Notes under the pieces: model-generated
Told to the model about the DNA's origin: nothing
What the model saw: only the letters and a program-made list of their open reading frames with translations
The model's database searches: none
DNA from: Acanthaster planci
Lineage: Eukaryota
Reading direction: 5' to 3'
Assembly: GCF_001949145.1 (NCBI RefSeq)
Contig: NW_019091356.1
Coordinates: 1,488,789-1,552,788 of the forward strand
Length of the DNA: 64,000 nucleotides
Made by a program: the position numbers and the translations under genes
Shown here: one piece after another, positions 54,261 through 64,000 of the stretch
Position numbering within the stretch: position 1 is the stretch's first letter
How the letters are laid out: every line of letters starts with the position of its first letter

Positions 54261-57200
54261 AGAGACAAGTAAACAGAGATTTTATTTCAATAAGTAAAAT
54301 CCTGCCGTAAGTGAATGATATCACGGGAGTTTGCAACAACTTGCCGTATGGACTGTAGCACCTGTTTCTAGCAGAAACGCTGCATCATGCCCATAAATAT
54401 CCAACCGACATGTTCATATAAACTCACTGCAGGTGTACCAGAATGACCTTGTAAATGACCACTGTCGTGCTCTGATTGATGTAATAAGTTGACTCCAGTC
54501 AACCAGGTTGACAGCAGGCAGGATTGAACCGCGCATCGGCCTTGACAACGTTGAGGGGCCAAGCGTGTGAGGTGCGAAGCTGTCATCAGCACCACGTGGC
54601 AATCTCATCTTTGAGTTTGCGTATTCCGTGGCTGTCGCATCACGCAGGAATTCTGCCAAGTACGGAGGGAAGAGTGACAGTTTTGTGGAATAGAGGCCAT
54701 CAAAACGACGCTGTAGTGCCATCTTTTTTTTCTTACCATGGTTTGAACACTTAATTTAGATATTTCAACAGGTTTATGAATTGGTCTTTGAATGTCACAG
54801 ATTTGGCATAATTTTCCTATAAATGATTTAAAACTGGAGCCATTGTGTCTAGTTTCTGGACTTCCAAGAGGAATGTTGTCATGTTTTGTTCTGTCAGGTG
54901 TGGAATTCCATTGGAGCTGTTCTTCAGCATTGGCACCCTGATCAGCAAAATGGAGTTTCATTTATTTTTAGTCCATTTAATTGCATAAATTGCATGCAGA
55001 ATAATGTCATTTCCTGAGGGCAGGCATTGTTGGCTGTGGCTATGGCTGTACTTCATAAACAGAAACTGAAGCCTGAGCCTCACTTCTGATGCACCCGAGG
55101 GCGCTGCTAGGACATGGTCTCCAAACTATTCCATTTTCCACGTGGATTAACTTTGAATGGCAAGTAAAATTGCCTCCATCAAATTAGCGACAACCCCTTT
55201 TGTTTACCCTTTATGGCGTTGCCTCCAAAACGGCAGAATTTTTGTCAAGAAAATGAACTTACTTCCGTTGGATGTCCATTTTTGTTTCTGCCATTAACCA
55301 TGGCCTGTTATTTGGGTGCTTACGGTTAGTACTGACAGAGCCTGCTGTTGGAAATGTCCTGTCCACGTTTATTTCCTTCGTTTTCATGTTTAAGGAAAAG
55401 CCACAGGAATGAGACGAGTAGCAAATAAGCAAATGTTCCTGTTCTTAAAGAGTCTGAAACAATGAAGGATGCCGGCAGTTAAACTGCAGCGTACCGTATG
55501 ACGGTTGAGATTTTTCTCAGTAGTTTTCAGCTTGCACCTTGAGGATCATGACCGACATAAGGTCCATCCTCGGAGACGAGCCTGCCCTACGTGTCATGGA
55601 AAGAGAAGGGAAGAAAGCAGACTAACTCAGCAGGGTTGGTTTCATGTCCTGGCCACTTAACCCTGGGTATTGGACAGCGTCTCCTGGAATCCAATCAGAT
55701 TTGGGTCTGTGGTGAAATGCCACCTCCTGTAGGCTGGTACCTGGTAAAGTATGCCGTCAGCTCCAGTCCTGATTACCAAAGGTCAAGTGACTACCAGTCT
55801 GTGTGGCCGAGGCAGACTTGGAGGGATGCTGGCTCCTTCAAGTTGAAGATAGAGTGTTTTGTCGGTTCTGCCTCCTTGGAGTGTTTGGAGCATGTCAAAC
55901 TACATTTATGTATACTGTTTATGTGTCCTCATGTGCATTTGCAGGCACTGTGCAGTTGTGGTTTGGATTTTGAAGTTGGAACTGTGGTGTCCGTAGAATT
56001 CTGTGGTTCGCATTTGTGACCAACCCTTATTTTTGGCTCCGGCTGAGAAAACAAATCAGCTTTTAATTAATTCCTCCAGTTCTGTCTGGAATCTCCTAAC
56101 AAGAAAAGTGATGAGAAATTATGATAACCATAGGAACAAACACCACCATTTTGGAATCCCAAGAACACAGTACCTTTTCTTAATGGTTTGAAATGCCCGA
56201 GAAAATGCAACTCCCGCAAGCCATTCATCAGGAATGTACAATGTATTAGCCTGACTAGGTCATAACATAATTTTAAGGTCCTTTTTTTCTGATTATATAA
56301 ATACTGGCACTTTACAACCACACAGTTACGCTAATGTAAACCTTTTCTGTTGAACTGAAGTTTCAGACCTAAGTCTCGGACCACATGTACATGTACATGT
56401 CTGTACATTGCAAATTAGATACATGTGAAATTTTGTCTCATCAGAATTAGTATTGATATCTGCTCCAAGTAGGAACAAGAGAGGATGTGTTTTTACACAT
56501 TTGATGCGTGACGCACTGAGCATATGCCACCAATTTCTGTGCATGGTGCGCATGGACGACCCAGTTGGAAGACTTCCCACCAGCCTGTCTCTTCCGTGAT
56601 GGTGAGGGCAGTCTTCAGCTAGGGTTGAATACTCCAAATTGTTGTGAATTTAAAGCAAATCCCCTCTGGTATGATATCCTGAAGAGAGTCAGGATCATAC
56701 ATTTAAACTCTTCAACAAAAGGCCAGTCCAGAATGCGGATATTTTTCACCCGTCATTTAAGAGTTGATATTCTGATGAGCCAAGACATGGCAGCCTAAGT
56801 ACACATGTGCATGCATAGTAGTGTGTCGGTGACAGATCTAATTAGGTGAGGGATTTCATTAGCATTGACAGTGATTTAATTAAAGGGCCCATATTGCCGT
56901 CAATTAATAAGCTGCATTATAATGGCGGTGTCACCGCTATTAAACTCAGGCCTATTATGATTTCCACATGGGCACTGAAATAGCCCTGCAGGCAAGCAGC
57001 CCCAATGGCCATGTTCTGTGGACACAAGAACCTTCTTGACTACACTTTTTTCTTCCTGTTCTCTAAGTACATGTAGCTGTGTATAACTCCTAATATGTAC
57101 AATGTCCATATATATATCAGCATAAGTCCACTCACAGGGTAAACCACCAGTAATTTTAGATCTGTCTGTTCCAAACTGATATCTCTTAAATGTGTACATG

Positions 57201-59257
57201 TACCGGTGCTTCTCAAATCCTCTTGTGAAAGTCTAAAATAATGGGTACTGGAGGTACCCCATTACTGGTGCAAGTGTGCTGGAGGGTTTCTTTTCTTTGA
57301 GATTTGAGTTGAGTTTTGAGTTGACTTTTTGAGTTTCAAAGAAACTCACAAAATCAGTTTGACACTCTAAACTCAAACAAAAGTCACACTCAGTCTGTAG
57401 TGTGCTTACATGTACATGCTGCCTTCACACCTTGATTTCTCAAGGGATGGCACTTCTATAACACACACGGACCTACTAGGATAAATGTTGGCACTGTTTG
57501 GTTGCCTTCTCTGCTGGGCTAGAAAGTGTCCTCTTTGTTTGTGCTTGGAGTCATTAACATTTACTCCAATTCTGCTGTGCAGATTCTATGAAGATAGATT
57601 CCTTGATGCTGTTGAATTCGTCAGTCCATTTACTTGTGTGTAGATTTATTGCATTCGGCCAGGGAATAGCTCACAAGATCAAAGTCACTGACATCTTTGT
57701 TGTGTTCTGACGGTAGCTTGGTATTTCCTCTGTGGTGTCTTTTACCATGCTAGAATTTCCCCCAAGCCCTGAACCTCAAACGAATGTGACAGGTTTCATT
57801 ACGATTCATCTCCGGCGCATCAAAGGGAAACAGGCAAAGAATGTGGTCTCACCATCCGACTTGTGATTCATGTGAATGGTTGTGGGGTTTGGATGAGGAT
57901 TTTGTAACTCGTAATTTCTGGTTCCTGCCACGTTGTTCCAACCTCAGGAATCATCTGAAATATGTATTTTTTTTTGGATTGCTTTTTGGAGTAAGAAGTC
58001 TCCAGGATGAGCAAAGGTGACAATTGAAAGGAATATATTTGTATTTCACCATCTGCTAAAAATATGCAGTATGTATACATTTCTTGATTTTCCAATCTTG
58101 ACAAGCTTGTGACCCCATGGCTTGGATAAAATCTGTCCTCTGTTTAGCAATTCATCCACCGATGAGAGACACAAATCCACAGTATGCATCACAAATCAAA
58201 TCCCTGCAAAACTGCTACATGTTCCTGCATATCCAGATATGATAAAGTGTTGCAGGATTCTTTGGAACCTTTCTTACGGCCTAGCTGGTCTTGCGGCCTG
58301 TCACCATGCATCATCACGCCACTGCACCTGCCGTCGAAATTTCCCAGTGATAAATATTCATCATGGTACATGACAATCCGCAGTGGCAGGGGGGATGGTT
58401 GAAATGGCGGCGGGAGCACTCTCTGCCCCAAACCCACCGGAATCCTTGTAATGCTGTGCTGTGTTTATGTCTCTCCTACCAGATCGTTTGTTGACATTTT
58501 GACAGGGAAAAATGATTTATAAATCACCGGGAACTCGTTCCCCCTCACGCAATCTCAGTTCCTTCCGTGCATCTCCTGCTCAGAATTACCTCATTGGAGA
58601 GGGCTTTGCACTGCTCAAGGACCCTACTACTCGTGCATGTCCTGGGTTCATTCACTCCATTGGCTTAATCTGTCAAAGATGTGGTTGGCCAAAGCGCATT
58701 GTACATGTACACGGTACAGGCCAGCAATTACACAACCACCATATGCAGTGTACACGTATTAATTTCCTATACAGGCAAATGTATTAAAGCTCAGGATACA
58801 TGTAACCATACCGGGACCAACATGCGTCCCAATTGGCCGTTTCTCAGAGACAGATTCGCTTGATCAGTCAACTACATTATCTCAACCCAGTCCACTTCCC
58901 AATCAGCTTGACTCTGACACCAGTGTTTGTTGGAAGCTGTTAGGATGCTGACTGCACTGGTAAACTGACTGTGTTTAATGTGGGATTTAGGCACGCCACA
59001 AATAAACAAGAGTCCAACTGTTTACCAGAATGTGTGCAGTTTGCTATTACAGTGGACTCGGTTATAAAGAATTCTGTTGTAGCGAAATACTGTTATAAAG
59101 AACGGATTTCCAGATTGCCTATTTCTTCAATTCTCATGTCTTTTTTTGTTTATCCACATTTCCATTTCAGTTGGAACCGCTTCAACATCCTTGCAAATGC
59201 CAACAACCATACACAGTTGACTCTCATTATGACAAAGCTGCAGGGGTCATACTTCAT

Positions 59258-59610
59258 TGTATTAATAATAAAACTGCATTTATATAGCGCATTATGAATT
59301 AAAGATCCCACAATGGCTTTACAAACAAAAACTTGATCGTTAATCATATTACAACACTTAAAATCATATGATTATAATCTACACATGTGCATTTAAAATC
59401 CCTAATTATAGAATAGCACAAATTAAGCAGGCCAGCTAAAAGAGTTGAAGCAATGTCCAATACCTTGACATTTACATGTACCTTAGAACTAGCAATAAAT
59501 ACCAGCAATGTCAAAACAACTGAAAACGAACATACATGAATTCTGATTAAAACTTTCAAGACTTGAAAAGGTGCATTTTTAGTAAAGATTTAAAACACTG
59601 CAAGGACCCT
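59258..59610 (-). mobile_element. 3' fragment of an L2/CR1-group LINE
   Basis: The minus strand encodes SLQCFKSLLKMHLFKS* (59606-59556), similar to the FKxxLKTHLF ORF2 C-terminus. It ends in a GCGCTATATAAATGCAGTTTTATTATT tail typical of L2-type elements. Confidence 0.65.
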
Positions 59611-59784
59611 ACACTTTTAACTGTTGATGGCATATTATGAATTAAAGATTCCACAATGGCTTTACAAACAAAAAATTGATCCTGAATCATATTACAACAT
59701 TTAAAATCATATGATTATCCTCGACACATGTACATTTAAAATCCCTAATTATAAAATAGCACAAATTAAACAGGCCAGGTAAAA
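59291..59784. repeat. ~150-bp direct repeat pair (59291-59441 and 59634-59784)
   Basis: ATTATGAATTAAAGAT...CACAAATTAA.CAGGCCAG.TAAAA present twice with scattered substitutions. Confidence 0.9.
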
Positions 59785-62700
59785 CAGCTAAATAACATGG
59801 AGCTATTGCGTTAAAAATGTGGAACTGCTCCAAACCAAATTGTGAACAACTAAATTTTTTTCCCCATCAGCGTTTTTGTAAGGACTGCTCTTCAGAATAC
59901 ACAAATGACTAACGAAATTGAAAACGAAAGAAAAAGCCCCGTTGACTACCAGCAGATCAGGCAGCTGGTGAACAGGCCCAGCTGTCCTCTCATAACATTT
60001 CCCTAGCAACCCATGTTACAATGTACTCTACTGTCCAAGCTCATTTAAACAGCCTGAATAAAACATGGCTCATTTCCCCCTCATTTGCATTGGCATGCAT
60101 GCACGCTACGTTCAGCTGTTTCTGTGAGATGGAAAGGAATGTTTCACAGAATTGGGCTGTGAAGGTTTCACCATGGTTTCACCCATCCGTCCAGGCTCAA
60201 TAGAGAACAGTGCAACGATTTGACGCCATGAAGATTGCAATGTTGAATGATTGCCTGCATTTTTTTTTTTTAACTCAGCTGTAATGCTTATCTCTGTTCA
60301 TGTTTTAATTTCAGAGAAAAACTCACAACAGTAGACAGGTACTTGGTTGTCTAATGAAAACCGTCTTGTGGTACAGATGCATGTACCCTACACTGTGGTC
60401 AATTGTTTTGATTGTTGCGTTAGTGTCATGCAAATCATCAGCGTGCACAACATGATGTACATGTGTACATGTATGATGTACATACTGCACTGGTACATTG
60501 GGGTCTACATGTTCAGTGTACATGTACAAGAAAGCACATGTAGATAGTTTGTACAAGGTTGGGCAGCAGATTGGCTCACAACATAAACAGCTTCTGATAA
60601 CAACTGGCCTGTTTTTTTATCCTCAGCAGTGAAGTTAATATTCCACAGCTAAAAGGTCAAGCGGTTACAAGACTCAGTCAAGGGGGAATGATCGAGGGTC
60701 ATATAATTCATTCTGATGGTCACTTGGCGATCCTCATCGGCACTGAGTTTGTTGGGTTCAGTCCATCAGAGCGCAGCCAGGAAACCTACATGTGAATTGC
60801 CACACAAGATGAATATTTTTATGAACTGAGTGTCCAAATTTCTGAAAGTAGTGGGGACGATGTCAGGGCAGTGCTTATACAGTTCGTTTATTGATGAATA
60901 TATACCGTGTACATATTTGTAGAATACCGTGTGCGCAATTTGAATGGTGTGACTTGTTGGGTAGGCTTTCTTGACTCCTGAAATTTTCCTCCTTTAGGTA
61001 CTTCGTAAGTTCAGCCCTGACATGTCTCATCCTTTTTAATTTTTAAACTGATATTTTTTTTTCTTCTAAGAATGTTAAGTGGAATGACATTTATACACGT
61101 ACTGAACATGTAAAGCACAGAAACGATCCACGAAATAGTTCAGAACTTTCTCACAAATTGGCTTATGGTGCTCATACATGTAGGTAAATGTGAAGCGACT
61201 TGAGATGGTGCCTTTAATCTTGCTGCATAATTCATGTGTTTTCATATTTGGCAGTAGGGAACCATTCCACATGCTCTGCATGTTGTATGTGATGGCATGC
61301 AAGACTGTAATCTAAATCCATGTCAAACAGCTTGCAGAGACAGAAAGACAGCATGAGCTGGAGCGGTTTGGACAGTTTGGAGGGTAAATGTGGCGTCAGA
61401 ATTCAGTAAGGTAACATTTGTGGTAGGAGTGAATTGTGCAAGATGTTGGGAAATTTTGGCTGGACACACTGGACACTGTCAGAAACAATCATTCAACTTC
61501 CGCCATACCGTATTTTTTGGCATCTCGGTCCCGTAAAATTTTTTTACGTACCATAAGTGAAAAGCTGAGATAGAAATAAAATGTCCAAAGGAATTTCACG
61601 CAGCGAAGGGACCAATCATCACAAAAGGGCTTGCAAGCAGTTCATAGCTGCAGGCAGAAAAGATGTGGAACACAATGCCAGGAACGGAAATGAGCATTGA
61701 TTCAGGTGAGATGGTATCTAGATCTACCGGTACTGTGGCATCAGAAGCAAGGTCGATGGCACAGCCCTCCAAAGGTTAAGATGCAAAGACATAGGCCGTC
61801 ATCCCTGGAATATTTGACCTGCCATCCGATGACAATCCACACATCTTTTAGATTGATAATTCACATGCCTCACTCTGTGTACAGTTCTTGGAAGAAGAGT
61901 GTTTGAACTCACTTCCAGATCTTCGAAATGGAAAAATCAAAATTCATGGCATGCTGCACATGTACATGAAGTTATCAAGTATTGCCGTGGAAATACCACT
62001 TGTCTGGACTTCTGTAATGTTTAAAACATTATTTTGGACCTCTTTTGATGTGACAGTTTCTACAAATAAAAAGTTCACATGTTGTTGCCCCTGTGTTTAT
62101 GCCCTGACGCTTCCTTGAGAAAGCTTGTCTGGTTGTCATTTGGAAAATGCGCAATTCAATTTAAACTCTTGGAAACAGTTTTGCACTTGTCTTTGGTAAA
62201 GCAAAAAAAATGTTTCCGTTCAAGACAACATAGTAATGCAAGCTGGATAATTACAATTTGTTGTCAAACATAACTGAATGTTAGACAGGGTTTTTTTAAT
62301 GTCAGAATGTTCGGTAAAATTGAAATCCAGAAAATATTTTCCCACCAAATGAACTAGTTATATGAATTTTCTTTGGCTGGCAAGCAAAGAGAACATTTTT
62401 TTCATGTAATTGTGGAGTTCATGAAATAGTTGGCAGTAAAAAAATTCTGAAGTGACACATACCGGTACTTTTGCAATGGTGTTAGACTGACTGAAAATTG
62501 AAAAATGCCAATAATTGAAATTAATGCTCAGACATGGGCTATACAGGAAGCTTTTATAACATGCTGGTTTTATCCGTCTGCCATGTGCAGATGTGGAGTG
62601 TCTCATTTGCCAATTAAACCCGTTGATGTCACATCAAGCATCCCTGAGCACAATTAAAAACATGAGGAAAACAGACCCACCACTCGCCTTGAGTCTCCTA

Positions 62701-64000
62701 AAATGCCAGCCGGAATTTGAAAATAACTCCTTGAGTATCTGCCTTGAAAAACAAAGCTGCTAATTATGGAAACTGCTCCAAAAAATGTCTGATTTCATTC
62801 CCCTCTCCCCCCCCATGGACCTCCAGTGGCCAGATTTCTATCTTCAGCCGGGTATAAATGTCAGTACGGCCCCGTGTGATTTTTTTTTTTTTTGGTCTTT
62901 TTTTTCCCCTCTAATCGTAGCCTGATGCAAACACGGTTTTCTCTCAATAGCCTGCAATGGTTTGGAGCAAATCAATAGCCAGCGACGTCCTGGCCTCCAG
63001 TGTGTTTGGCTGGCCGCTAATGACATCAGCCGGTTGGGTTCTCAGGTGGCGTGTTTGGTTGCTAGCTTGCCAGGGTTAGCCCTGAGGTCAGCAGTGAGCC
63101 GGGGTGACATCATCAGCAACGTCAAACACGGCCAGCATGCCAGTGAGACACGGGGAGTATACAGCGAGTGATGATGATTTTCTCCCAGTAACAGTGGGCC
63201 GGCCTCATTATAAGACGATTGCGGAGCCCTGTGCATACCAACCCCGTGTGCATTATGTGCTTGCTGTTGCTGTCGGGGAGTCATATGCACGATAATGTAA
63301 AGTGGCATGCCAAGTACGGGTACATGTACATGTAGTGTGCATGGGAACCTTATGAGTACCGTGGGCATACATGCACATTGTACATGTGTGTACGTACAGT
63401 GCATATAGTGAAATCTTGTCTACGAGAGAGGGTAGCGACGAGCCACCCTATTGTTTATGTACATGTTCTGCATACATCTGGGGGAGTTTCTCAGTGTGCC
63501 TACAGTGCATTTCATTCAGTGATGCTGTCTACTGGTACATCTCTCTCCCCCTCTCTGGCCGCATCTCAGTAACCGCGACGACAGGGATGAATGTTGAAGT
63601 GGCTGAAGCTCGTGCATGAATTACGGTGGCATTGCGGACCGGAAACAGTGGCTTGAAACCCCCCCTTCCACAAGCCTCTGTACACACAGATTTGGTGTGA
63701 CTTCCTTCTCCGAAGTAAGTACTCGGACAGACGGAACTGGCCGTCAGGATCCTCTGTACCTGCCGTGGGGATAGTGTTACTGACAGGGACAGCGTGGATA
63801 AATAGCCAGCTCTCTGCCTGGTTGGATGGGATGCAGAATTCTGATACAGAATCTTGTCACTCGTGATTTTTCTCTACTGTCTTCATCGTCAATACGGTAT
63901 CAGCATTGGATAGTCAGTATTGCACGACGTGTGGATGTTTGTTTTGACAATTGAAGGCCCTACTTGATTTGAAACCATTCAAATTAAGCCTGTTACCCTT

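Noticed and set aside
55591..56019. 142-aa ORF as a possible exon of the downstream gene
   Set aside because: No recognisable domain and no convincing flanking splice-site pair.
56773..56797. CTGATGA-GCCA...TGGC resembling a hammerhead ribozyme core
   Set aside because: The required GAAA after stem II is missing (AGCC) and no stems I/III are evident. The other CTGATGA sites inspected also failed.
59048..59110. TA-CAGTGGACTCGGTTATAAAGAA resembling a Tc1/mariner-pogo TIR
   Set aside because: No matching opposite end found, so it is too fragmentary to call.

Overview
Eukaryotic, intron-rich, AT-rich genomic DNA, probably from a marine invertebrate bilaterian (inferred from gene content and repeat style); it is not prokaryotic. 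I assembled three spliced protein-coding genes by hand from GT-AG sites with consistent phases. (1) The 3' part of a class-5 semaphorin on +, 1322-19358: end of the Sema domain, PSI domain, six thrombospondin type-1 repeats, a TM helix and a short tail. (2) A complete uridine phosphorylase (UPP1/2-like) on -, 26209-30274. (3) A complete HUS1 9-1-1 checkpoint clamp gene on +, 31898-36788. UPP and HUS1 are head-to-head, with an intact tRNA-Arg(CCG) and a CTCF-like motif between them. From about 38 kb on there is no recognisable coding exon. That region has a promoter-like motif cluster with twin perfect CREs (43445-43484), a candidate first exon ending at 43837, and then what looks like a >20 kb intron with repeat fragments and many TACATGTA motifs. 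Most ORF-track entries are spurious. I found no clearly new biological system. The best leads are probable ancient UPP-HUS1 microsynteny, a semaphorin-5 apparently missing one TSR, and several structured palindromic elements.
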